A stretch of DNA of 64,000 bases. Origin: Paramoeba atlantica (taxonomy: Eukaryota > Protista > Discosea). The notes under the pieces are model-generated. The model did no database searches, had not been told where the DNA came from, and saw nothing but the letters and a program-made list of their open reading frames with translations. The position numbers were made by a program, and so were the translations under genes. Numbering within the stretch: position 1 is the stretch's first letter; every line of letters begins with the position of its first letter. Positions 54,880 through 64,000 of the stretch are shown here, in pieces. Where the stretch lies: contig CDRNVI010000103.1 of NCBI GenBank assembly GCA_977017575.1, positions 1 to 64,000 on the forward strand, given 5' to 3'.

Positions 54880-57465
54880 ATGATACGGAGGCTATTCACA
54901 AAGAATTCCGCAGAGCTGTTTCTCGGAAACTCCGAACACCTTTTCTTGAGGAGACCCACTCAAGTTTCTTACACCTTTCTCTCGTCGTCGTCTTCCCGAT
55001 CTTTTTCCTCCACTCTACCGCTTCAAGACTCATCTAAGAAAAGCGCAGACCGAAACACACAAACACAGCCTCCTTCCCAAACATCTTCCCCATCTTCAGA
55101 AAAAACAGCATCCCCTTCTCCCTCCTCCCCCTCCTTTTTTTCTAAACTTTTAACCCGAAAAACAACCTCTCCTATATCTTCAACCCCCTCTACCCCATCA
55201 CAACCTTCTTCCACTACGTCTACTACAGCTACAACTCCATCCCCCTCTACCCCTACCCCCTCTACCCCAACTCAACCTCCAACTCCTACAGCTACAACAA
55301 CTAACCCACCGGTCTCTACCCCTACCCCCTCTACCCCCTCTACCCCATCACAACCTTCTTCCACTACTTCTACTCCTACAGCTACTACGCCTTCTCCTAC
55401 AGCTACAACCCCACCAGGCTCTACCCGAACTACTACTACTACTACTACTACCCCATCAGGCTCTACCCCAACGACTACTACTAACCCATCAGGCTCTACC
55501 CCCCCAACACAACCTCCTTCTCCTACCGCTACAACGACCACCCCACCGGTCTCCCCCCCTAACCCCTCTACCCCTACTCAACCTCCTTCCCCTACCGCCA
55601 CAACCCCACCGGTCCCCCCCCCGGTCTCCCCCCCCTCCCCCTACCCCATCATCGACCACACCTTCGACGCGGTCGTCGTGGGGGCCGGTGGGGGGGGTCT
55701 CCGTGCCGCCGCTGGCATCGCCTCCGCGGGCTACGACGTCGCGTGCCTCACCAAACTCTACCCCAGCCGCTCCCACACCATCGCCGCCCAGGGGGGGCTC
55801 AACGCCGCCCTGGCCAACACCGCGGACGACGACTGGCGCTGGCACATGTACGACACCGTGAAGGGCTCGGACTGGCTCGGGGACCAGGACGCGATCCAGT
55901 ACATGTGCCAGGAGGCCCCCGCGGTGGTGGGGGAGCTGGAGGCGATGGGGATGCCCTTCCTGCGCACCCCCCAGGGGCTGGTCTTCCAGCGCCCCTTCGG
56001 CGGCCAGGCCACGCACTACGGCCAAGGGGGGCAGGCCCGGCGGACGTGCGCGGCCAGCGACCGCACAGGGCACGCCATGCTGCATATTTTGTACGGGCAG
56101 AGTTTCCAACACGGGGTGAGTTTCTTTAATGAGTACTTCGCGCTGGATGTGATGATGGATGGCACGGGGGCGTGCCGCGGGGTGATGGCGATGGCGATTG
56201 AGGATGGCACGGTGCATCGGTTCCGGGCGAAGTACACGGTGCTGGCGACCGGGGGGTACGGCCGGGCGTACTTTACGTGCACCAGTGCGAAGAGCTGTAC
56301 GGGGGATGGGACCGCGATGGTGGCGCGTGCGGGGTTGCCGTGTCAGGATATGGAGTTCGTGCAGTTCCACCCGACGGGGATTTATGGCCCGGGGGTGTTG
56401 ATGACGGAGGGGTGTCGAGGGGAGGGGGGGTATTTGTTAAACGCGGAGGGGGAGCGTTTTATGCAGCGCTACGCCCCAAAGGCGCAGGACCTCGCGAGCC
56501 GGGACGTCGTGAGTCGTGCGATAACGATGGAAATTTTGGCCGGCCGCGGGTGTGGGCCGAAAAAGGATCACGTGTTGCTGCAGCTGCACCACCTGGACCC
56601 GGAGCTGCTCGGGGAGCGGCTTCCGGGGATTATGGAGAGCGCCAAGACGTTTGCTGGGGTGGATGTGACCACCCAGCCCGTCCCGGTCGTCCCTACGGTG
56701 CACTACACCATGGGAGGCGTCCCCACGCTGTGGACCGGGGAGGCGGTGTGTCCTCGAGGGGGGAACCCGGATGCGATTGTCCCCGGGCTGCTCTCGGCGG
56801 GGGAGGCGGCGTGTGCGAGTGTTCACGGGGCCAACCGCCTCGGCGCGAACTCGCTGCTCGATATTGTCGTGTTTGGTAAGTCCTGTGCGAACACGGTGGT
56901 GTTTAACCTCGCAAAGGAGGGAAGGGCACAGCCGCCGTTGGAGGAGGGTATGGGGCAGGAGAGTGTCGCGGCGCTGCATCGGATTTTGCACAACCCGAAA
57001 GGGGAGATTCCAACCGCCCGGCTTCGGGAGCGGTTGAAAAATGCCATGTCGCTGTATGCGGCCGTGTTCCGCACCGAGGAGACGATGAAAAAGGGGCTCA
57101 AGATTGTCCAGGAGTGTGTGCAGGATTTCGACCACGTGTTGGTGCACGACAAGAGCCCCGTGTGGAACAGTAACCTCGTCGAGACCCTGGAGCTGCGTAA
57201 CTTGTTGTGCAACGCGTTGCTTACGATAGCCAGTGCGTTGAACCGCCCAGAGAGCCGTGGGGCGCACGCACGGGATGACTTCCCGGACAGGGATGACACC
57301 AATTGGATGAAACACACGCTGTGCTATTGGAGGGATCCGGTGACATCGCGTGAGGCGCCGCAGGAAAAACGTGTCCCGCACGTGGATCTGTGTTACCGAC
57401 CGGTGCACCTCTCGACGCTGAGTAATGAGGTGGAGACCGTACCCCCGATGAAGCGGGTGTACTAA
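54880..57465 (+). CDS. SDH1: Succinate dehydrogenase flavoprotein subunit
   Basis: [56 protein letters not shown], final KRVY. Confidence 0.98.
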   Translation: MIRRLFTKNSAELFLGNSEHLFLRRPTQVSYTFLSSSSSRSFSSTLPLQDSSKKSADRNTQTQPPSQTSSPSSEKTASPSPSSPSFFSKLLTRKTTSPISSTPSTPSQPSSTTSTTATTPSPSTPTPSTPTQPPTPTATTTNPPVSTPTPSTPSTPSQPSSTTSTPTATTPSPTATTPPGSTRTTTTTTTTPSGSTPTTTTNPSGSTPPTQPPSPTATTTTPPVSPPNPSTPTQPPSPTATTPPVPPPVSPPSPYPIIDHTFDAVVVGAGGGGLRAAAGIASAGYDVACLTKLYPSRSHTIAAQGGLNAALANTADDDWRWHMYDTVKGSDWLGDQDAIQYMCQEAPAVVGELEAMGMPFLRTPQGLVFQRPFGGQATHYGQGGQARRTCAASDRTGHAMLHILYGQSFQHGVSFFNEYFALDVMMDGTGACRGVMAMAIEDGTVHRFRAKYTVLATGGYGRAYFTCTSAKSCTGDGTAMVARAGLPCQDMEFVQFHPTGIYGPGVLMTEGCRGEGGYLLNAEGERFMQRYAPKAQDLASRDVVSRAITMEILAGRGCGPKKDHVLLQLHHLDPELLGERLPGIMESAKTFAGVDVTTQPVPVVPTVHYTMGGVPTLWTGEAVCPRGGNPDAIVPGLLSAGEAACASVHGANRLGANSLLDIVVFGKSCANTVVFNLAKEGRAQPPLEEGMGQESVAALHRILHNPKGEIPTARLRERLKNAMSLYAAVFRTEETMKKGLKIVQECVQDFDHVLVHDKSPVWNSNLVETLELRNLLCNALLTIASALNRPESRGAHARDDFPDRDDTNWMKHTLCYWRDPVTSREAPQEKRVPHVDLCYRPVHLSTLSNEVETVPPMKRVY

Positions 57466-57940
57466 GGTGTAGTTTGTAATAAGGAGACGAAAGAGGCTTG
57501 TTTAAAGGTAAGTCTCTAGAGCAAGAAACGGTTTTTTTGGGGGTGTACCTCAGAAAACCCATGTGAGTTTAAGGTATAATGAGTGGGTTTGTGTACTTTC
57601 CTTTAACTCGTATTGAATTACAGTAGTGTCCTACCTTATAAGAAAAGAATAGTCAAGTAGAAGTTTTGTCCCCTTGAAACGCTTTCAACAAAAACGTATC
57701 CCTTATCCTGTAAAACAGCATACGGTATGAGAAACAGTCCTGAATTATGTATAACACATATATAGTTTCCCCTTTTCCTTAGTCCCTCTCTAATTTTCTT
57801 ATTATTGGCTTTCCTTTCAACAAACAATCCCCCATTTTTGAGGGAAACCTTCTTGAATACATTTCGCATACGTTTTGTAATCCCAAGTCATTTGTTCCAA
57901 CCAACTCAGTCTTTTCTTTTCTCTACCCACATCTATCCGT

Positions 57941-58504
57941 ATGCCTCCTCGTTCCGAGGCCGATGATGATGAATGGGAGGGCTCTGTCCACAGTGACACT
58001 GCCGCCTATGAAGACGACGGCGTACTAGACGAGGACAATACCTATTACGATTCTCCCGAGCTCACCTCCGCTGACGAGAACGAATCGTTGGAGGAGAACC
58101 CCCCAATGACCATTGAATTGGAGGAGAGCCACCGGACAGTTGTCTCCTCTAGCGCAGCAGAGATGAGTTCTGCCGACACTCACGATCCACAAGCCCTACA
58201 AGTGGATCCTCCTTCTAGGAGAAAAAAAGAACGTGTGACGACTCCCTTTCTAACACGTTATGAGAGGGCTCGGGTGCTTGGGACCCGGGCGTTGCAGATT
58301 AGTATGAATGCCCCGATACTCGTTCCTTTGGAAGGAGAGATGGATCCGCTGCAAATAGCACTCAAGGAGCTACAGCGAAAAGTGATTCCTATTATTATCC
58401 GTCGTCACTTGCCGGATGGCTCGCATGAGGATTGGCCATTGTCTGAGTTGCATGTGGACATGGAGCGGACTCTTGATGATCGATATAAACCGCCTCCGTT
58501 GTAG
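57941..58504 (+). CDS. RPB6: RNA polymerase common subunit RPB6
   Basis: Acidic N-terminus, [26 protein letters not shown]...[13 protein letters not shown]. Confidence 0.96.
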   Translation: MPPRSEADDDEWEGSVHSDTAAYEDDGVLDEDNTYYDSPELTSADENESLEENPPMTIELEESHRTVVSSSAAEMSSADTHDPQALQVDPPSRRKKERVTTPFLTRYERARVLGTRALQISMNAPILVPLEGEMDPLQIALKELQRKVIPIIIRRHLPDGSHEDWPLSELHVDMERTLDDRYKPPPL

Positions 58505-58810
58505 AGATTAAAGCAATGCTTTTCGAAATGTTCTCATGTAGTTACTCCTCCTCTGATTTACATCCATAACTCTTTCGAAACGTTAGCTTATAAAAATTGA
58601 AAAGGGAATATGATACTGTGGCTCTCTGTTATTAATACAATCCTCACGTTTTTCATTCTTTATCCGGTTCGTTAAACATACTGACGCTGCGCGCTTCGCG
58701 TTGAAAACTACCTCGGCGTTAAACGATTCGGATAGCATTTTATCCACCTCGTTACGACGCACCAGTGATCTGGTGGAAACGGGTTATTCTTTTTTTGCTT
58801 CAACGGTAAT

Positions 58811-58910
58811 ATGGAATTTAGTAAAATTATGTGGAATTTTATGGATCTTCAAGGAGCCATATCATGGCATCATATTCCACTGAGTGTTCAAATCTTCGTT
58901 TTGAGTGCGT
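58811..58910 (+). pseudogene. LRR gene fragment
   Basis: WNFMDLQGAISWHHIPLSVQIFVL matches WNVMDLRGTISWRHIPVSVKVLIL of 31869. Confidence 0.7.
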
Positions 58911-58982
58911 ACTATATGAAGTTGCGTACTATAAGAAGAGTCAAACAAAAAGGGAGTACATACAGCAGCTGTATGTTCAATT

Positions 58983-59057
58983 TAAACAGGGGTCCGGTTT
59001 AGCATACCTGTGACCTCGTACCATACCGGGGGGTATGCTAAACCGGACCCCCGCTTA
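58983..59057. repeat. 75-bp hairpin mini-element
   Basis: Perfect 20-bp arms GGGGTCCGGTTTAGCATACC / GGTATGCTAAACCGGACCCC, TA-bounded. Confidence 0.85.
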
Positions 59058-59264
59058 TTTTGTTACTTAATCGTTGTTATAACGAAACCGCATTTTCGAA
59101 CCTTTACTGCAATTATCTACATTCGACCTCACATTTAAAAAGGAAGTATTATGATTTGGTTTTCATGCTCGCTTTGAGTCCTCTAAAAACAGGGGAAATT
59201 ACTCAGAAAAAAAAGAAATGGTTTTTAAGGGCTCACTTTTAAAACGAATGACAAAGTCTGATGC

Positions 59265-61643
59265 GTGTATCAGGGAATGGTAGACTCTCGTTTGAATACC
59301 ACTTTATCGGAAAAGCAGTACGCTACTGTTGTGCACGACACTCTGGAGCATCTTGCTCGGTCATTAAAGAAAGGTTTATGTCGTCGTCCCCTCCAAGTTG
59401 AGCTACATGTAGCGAAATGTACGCGTGCACTACGAGGTTTCGACTGTTCGCTTCAACATCTCTGGGCATCGCGGCCTTGGCTTCTGTACTGGTGTATGCA
59501 TACGTTGGATCTGCTGGGCGCGCTTCCTGGTGCCTTTATAGACACTATTTTGGAAAGTATACTACATTCGCATACGGAACAAAAGTGCGAGAACACAGTG
59601 CAAGTGCTCACTAATGATAGTCCTATCGAAGAAAGGTGCAGTAGGCCAAACAAAGGAGCAGAAACTGGTCCTCATACAATAGGTTTACTTTTGACATATG
59701 GCTCTTCAGATTCCGATGGTTTGGCCAAAGGAAGGGAACCAACAGATACACCGATTGTTGATCTAGAGTTCTTAAAATCACACGCAATGAACGCTCGCAT
59801 GAAGCTTTCTTATTTGTCTCGACTTATTAATGAACTAAAATTGGATATCCTTCCAGCGACAAACTATCTCCAATTTTTTTGCACTACGTGTGGGTATACG
59901 AATAAAACGTTTAGAATTGAGATACCGCATCAATATACTTCGCGTGAAAGCACTTTTTTCTTCACCGAAAATCATGTTACACAAACCACTTTTCCTACTG
60001 AGCATGGAACTTGTATAGATGAAACCGATGTGTTTGTCCTATCTCAAGTTCCCACGACCCAGGAGACTCATCTCGAAAATCCTTCACAATACCTTCTCCG
60101 ATATTTTGTTACGGTACACGCCTCCCATGGCCACTGGAATCCCAGCTGTAGCCAATTTCAGCAAGTACAACCCTCTCGTGCAGATCTCCTCACGTTTGTA
60201 AAATCCTGCTTTAGGTATCATGAAGGAGAAGAAGATATTGAATCTTTTTCCGTACACGATTTCGCAAATATCGCCAGGAAAAATCCTACAGAAAGCGACG
60301 ATGGGAAAAAGCAGTGTTCTCAATCTTGTCCATTCAATAGTCGTTCTATGGAGGTATCGAGCGAGGAGCCTATTTTACGAGAAAAACATAAATTTCATGT
60401 TCCTGTTTCGGCAGAACTTTCCGACTCTTCACACGGAAAATCCGGAGGTTATGGCGGTGGACCGCAGCAAATTCCCCATTTAGCCTCTTCGTTTGCAGCG
60501 GTTTGCGTTTTGCTCCTTCTAGGGGGCTCGGGTTACTCCGAGGCGTACGACTCGATTGATCGTGACGCAATGACAAAATGGATCTCCTCGCTACGTCAGT
60601 CGGACGGGTCGTTTCGCATGCATGTAGGAGGGGAAGTGGATCTGCGAGCGAGTTACTGTGCTCTTGCCATCGGAGCCCTTCTTAATTTGTCCTACACCGA
60701 AGTGACAGGGGGGAGGAAGACTGAGGTGAGTTCTGCACATATGGGACTTGAGAGTATGGGTCCAAAACATAAGAACCAAAAAAGTGGAGCACGCCAACCT
60801 GTATCTCTCGTTGAGCATTTTATTCTGCAATGCCAAAGTTATGAAGGAGGGTTTGGATGTACCCCATTCGACGAGGCCCATGGGGGCTACACGTACTGTG
60901 CACTGTCTTCCTTGGTCCTTTTGCATGTTCAATGGGACCGTATGCATGCAACGCCTTTAGATCATGACACAACTATAAACTTTCTCACCCTCACACGGTG
61001 GATTGTGTCCCGTCAATCTCCCTTTCCTTTACCTTCTCCCACGTTTCTTGGAGGCCTGAATGGCAGAACAAATAAACTCGTGGATTCCTGCTACACATTT
61101 TGGGTGGGATCGCTACCGCCCCTACGCGCTGCCTTGTTACACATGTCGAGAAAATTTGAACACAAAGTCAACGGTGGGGAGTATGATACAACCCTTTTAG
61201 CTTCCATTTTTGACTTTTTGCAGCTCGGCCATCCCACAACACAGAGATCTACCGCTGTAGCAACTCTTCAAACGCCTTCCTCTTCTTCCTCCCTCTCGTC
61301 TACTTCGGATCCTTCGTCCCCCTTACTTCTCCCCTCGTTCTGGAACACTGATCGGTTACTTGACTACGTGCTCCTGGGGTGCCAAAATTTAAACGAGGGA
61401 GGGTTCTGGGATACTCCGGGCTCGGAGACGGATTACTACCACACATGTTATGCCTTAAGTGGGCTCTCCGTAGTGCTGGGGTATCCCTCCCTTCAGCAGT
61501 CCGGAGGTTCCACTCCCGAGGAGGGTTTACCCGCTTTAAACTGCGACGTGAATCCGCTGTTTAATTTACGTCGTTGTCGTGTCGCGCAGGCACGCAAGTA
61601 CTTTGACAATCGTAAGGGAAAAGGGCGGAGAACGAATTCGTAG
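59265..61643 (+). CDS. FNTB: Protein farnesyltransferase beta subunit
   Basis: ASRPWLLYW, GGYGGGP..IPHLA, GEVDLRASYCA, YEGGFG..EAHGGYTYC, GRTNKLVDSCYTFW, DYYHTCYALSGLS. Confidence 0.93.
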   Translation: MYQGMVDSRLNTTLSEKQYATVVHDTLEHLARSLKKGLCRRPLQVELHVAKCTRALRGFDCSLQHLWASRPWLLYWCMHTLDLLGALPGAFIDTILESILHSHTEQKCENTVQVLTNDSPIEERCSRPNKGAETGPHTIGLLLTYGSSDSDGLAKGREPTDTPIVDLEFLKSHAMNARMKLSYLSRLINELKLDILPATNYLQFFCTTCGYTNKTFRIEIPHQYTSRESTFFFTENHVTQTTFPTEHGTCIDETDVFVLSQVPTTQETHLENPSQYLLRYFVTVHASHGHWNPSCSQFQQVQPSRADLLTFVKSCFRYHEGEEDIESFSVHDFANIARKNPTESDDGKKQCSQSCPFNSRSMEVSSEEPILREKHKFHVPVSAELSDSSHGKSGGYGGGPQQIPHLASSFAAVCVLLLLGGSGYSEAYDSIDRDAMTKWISSLRQSDGSFRMHVGGEVDLRASYCALAIGALLNLSYTEVTGGRKTEVSSAHMGLESMGPKHKNQKSGARQPVSLVEHFILQCQSYEGGFGCTPFDEAHGGYTYCALSSLVLLHVQWDRMHATPLDHDTTINFLTLTRWIVSRQSPFPLPSPTFLGGLNGRTNKLVDSCYTFWVGSLPPLRAALLHMSRKFEHKVNGGEYDTTLLASIFDFLQLGHPTTQRSTAVATLQTPSSSSSLSSTSDPSSPLLLPSFWNTDRLLDYVLLGCQNLNEGGFWDTPGSETDYYHTCYALSGLSVVLGYPSLQQSGGSTPEEGLPALNCDVNPLFNLRRCRVAQARKYFDNRKGKGRRTNS

Positions 61644-62134
61644 ATTTCGTGTGAAAAGAAGAAGTTTTTACTTTTGATTCGTGCTAGACTTCGAATCTGG
61701 AGTCTTGCCGTTTCGTAAGGAGTAGAGATTTTGCGTACAACTTTTGAGCTTCACGTTTTGAAGTAGGACGGATGTTTGCGGGCTTCACACTGCTTTCAAT
61801 ATTGAGTAAAATGCAACGGACCTAGCTGAAGATAAATTAAGAACGAAAATTCAAAATTATATTCTCCTACAGTATTGCGTTATCATCTAAACGAATCAGC
61901 AGTATTTGCAACTTTCTCTCACGCTTTTTATGGATTTTCTCTTGGTTTAGAGCCTTATTTACTTACATCTTCTACACTTGACAAAGACGTTTTTTTTTAC
62001 AACATTCGTACAATTTTTCTATGATCTTTTTACTTTGCAAACACCTTTCTTCTTCCCAATTTATAGCCCTTAATCGATTCTTAGTGCAAATACTTCTCTA
62101 CTTTTTCTTCTGGCTACTACAACCTATCTCGAGA

Positions 62135-62974
62135 ATGCAATTTGTTTTGGATGCTGCGGATAGTGTGCCTAAAGCTGCTCGGGTGCGTGGGGCATCTCTC
62201 CCGCAAGAATATGAGCTCTGTCGTGTCTTGGCCAACATTTCAAGTCATCATCCCTCATGGACTACAGAGACTCCCGCATGTAACTGGAAAGGTATAACAT
62301 GTGACTCCAACCTGCAGGTCACTGAAATTAAGTGGAACCATATGAATCTTCGAGGAACCGTGTCATGGCGTCATATTCCAGTGAGTGTACAAGTCTTGAT
62401 TTTAGGTAGCTTCTTTAATTTAGCGAAACCAAACGAAATTACGGGAGAACTTCCTGTTTTTGAGTTGCCACCGCGTCTAACAAAGTTCGTGTTGGATGGC
62501 AACAATATGACCGGGAGCATTGACTTAGAACATCTCCCTGCGGAGTTGACTGCCTTTGAAGCGGCGAAAAATTGCTTTGAGGGAACTGTATCTTTATCAT
62601 CTCTACCTCGTCATCTATTTGTATTAGATCTTCAAGATAATTTGCTTTCTGGGGAGTTTGATCTCTCAAACTTACCTCCGAACATGCAAACAATGTACTT
62701 CGGGAATAACCAGTTTAGCGGGAGCTTGATTCTCAAAAATCTGCCAATTTCCCTCGTACGACTTGATCTAGACAATAATAACCTAAGTGGAGAATTAGGG
62801 TTGGATTGTCTCCCATCTAAAATGAGGTATCTTCTGCTTAAGAATAATGCGTTCGAGGGACACGTTGACCTCCGAAATCTGTCAGAGCATTTCGCATCGC
62901 TGGATCTTCGGGGAAACAAGATTACCTCTGCAGAGCCAACTCCCTTCCCATATGCCCTGAAATGTGATCTATAA
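62135..62974 (+). CDS. LRR family protein
   Basis: Very close paralog of 33223-34065. Confidence 0.9.
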   Translation: MQFVLDAADSVPKAARVRGASLPQEYELCRVLANISSHHPSWTTETPACNWKGITCDSNLQVTEIKWNHMNLRGTVSWRHIPVSVQVLILGSFFNLAKPNEITGELPVFELPPRLTKFVLDGNNMTGSIDLEHLPAELTAFEAAKNCFEGTVSLSSLPRHLFVLDLQDNLLSGEFDLSNLPPNMQTMYFGNNQFSGSLILKNLPISLVRLDLDNNNLSGELGLDCLPSKMRYLLLKNNAFEGHVDLRNLSEHFASLDLRGNKITSAEPTPFPYALKCDL

Positions 62975-63108
62975 ATCCACGGTGGATTTATCCACGTGAA
63001 ATATCCACCTTCCTTTCGGAATGACGATACGGAATTCTTTATTCTTCGCTTCAGATTACTAAACCGGGGAACGGAATAATATTCAGATGTGGTTTATTGC
63101 GGTGGTTG

Positions 63109-63460
63109 TAAACCACATATGCGTTTAACATACCTATACCTTGAGTAACATACCGGGGGGGTATGTTATTCTGGCCCGCGACACTTAACATACCCCCCCT
63201 CGTCCCGCGGCTTTTTTTGTGCAAAGGTACAAAATTCCAACCATAATATCACGTACGTTTTTAACAAAATGTTTCTTTTATGCGTTTTTAGATGTATTTT
63301 GATACGTTCTAGCATTTAGTACTACGCGAGGTACATCTTTAGATACAGGTTCTAACAGTGAAAGTGATTTTCTTCTCTTTCCTATTTCATAATCAGTCTA
63401 CTTAACATACCTACACCTTGATAACATAACGGGGGGTATGTTAAATGGGTATGTGGTTTA
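63109..63460. mobile_element. MITE, TIR TAAACCACAT...TTTAACATACC
   Basis: Inverted termini and internal repeat TTAACATACCTA(T/C)ACCTTGA. Same architecture as 38647. Confidence 0.8.
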
Positions 63461-63864
63461 TAAATATCGCTCCGCCCTCGATGATTGAAAAAAAGTGAAC
63501 AAAAGCAAAGAAAAAATAAAGAGGGACAGTATTAGAAAATATAAAAGTGGACTCTGGTGGTCCAAAATCGAAAACAAATGGGGTTCAAGGGGGGGGGCAT
63601 ACGCGATATTATTTCTACCCGTCCTGAATTTTGTCCGATTTTGATCAATATAACCCATAAAATTTATGGGTTTTACATACTCTCTGGTAGTATCGTTTAT
63701 TTATTGTGGTGGTTGTTTGTAACCTCTACCTCTCCCTTCTTTATGGTGTTCGGGGTAGGGTGGATCGAGGACGGTCAGAAAAGGGGGTCCAACCCCCCCC
63801 CCCCTCCCTATTCTCGATTCGGGCATAAATCACTGTGCTTAAAAACGTAGGTATCGGGACTCGA

Positions 63865-63937
63865 GCCCAGGTTGTCCAGTTGGTAAGACATGCCGTTTAT
63901 AATCTGGTGGTCGCAGGTTCGACTCCCGGCGGTTACA
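63865..63937 (+). tRNA. tRNA-like sequence / pseudo-tRNA (possible TAT anticodon)
   Basis: D-arm/A-box GTCCAGTTGGTAAGAC and B-box GGTTCGACTCC, then TTTT. Acceptor and anticodon stems pair poorly. Confidence 0.45.
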
Positions 63938-64000
63938 TTTTCAGCCATACGCGACGTCCGTTAGTGGTAAGATTTGCGAAGCCCCGTTCTTCGTATCTTG

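Noticed and set aside
63560-63860. snRNA or 7SL gene divergent from the tRNA-like sequence
   Set aside because: No recognisable U2, U6, U3 or 7SL sequence on either strand.

Overview
Eukaryotic, intronless, transposon-rich DNA from a kinetoplastid. A Perkinsela-like or other prokinetoplastid is inferred: SDH1 is trypanosomatid-like, every host gene lies on the + strand as in a polycistronic unit, and the spliced-leader (SL) core is present. Core genes are a thioredoxin-fold protein, RPS12, DRG2 GTPase, two RING-H2 proteins, TRAP-gamma, an RRM protein, SDH1, RPB6 and farnesyltransferase beta. Between them sit 11 intact members and several relics of one LRR gene family, plus many DNA transposons: Tc1/mariner, Merlin (one complete with TIRs and 8-bp TSD), a PIF/Harbinger-like relic and many TA-flanked MITEs. 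The best lead is two dispersed, inverted ~300-bp copies of an SL-RNA-headed structured element. One is enclosed in a TA-flanked TIR transposon, suggesting SL RNA genes mobilised by DNA transposons or an SL-derived SINE-like element. Also notable is a gene-centred C-to-G (pyrimidine-to-purine) polarity in core genes. All alignments and counts were done by eye; no database searches were run.
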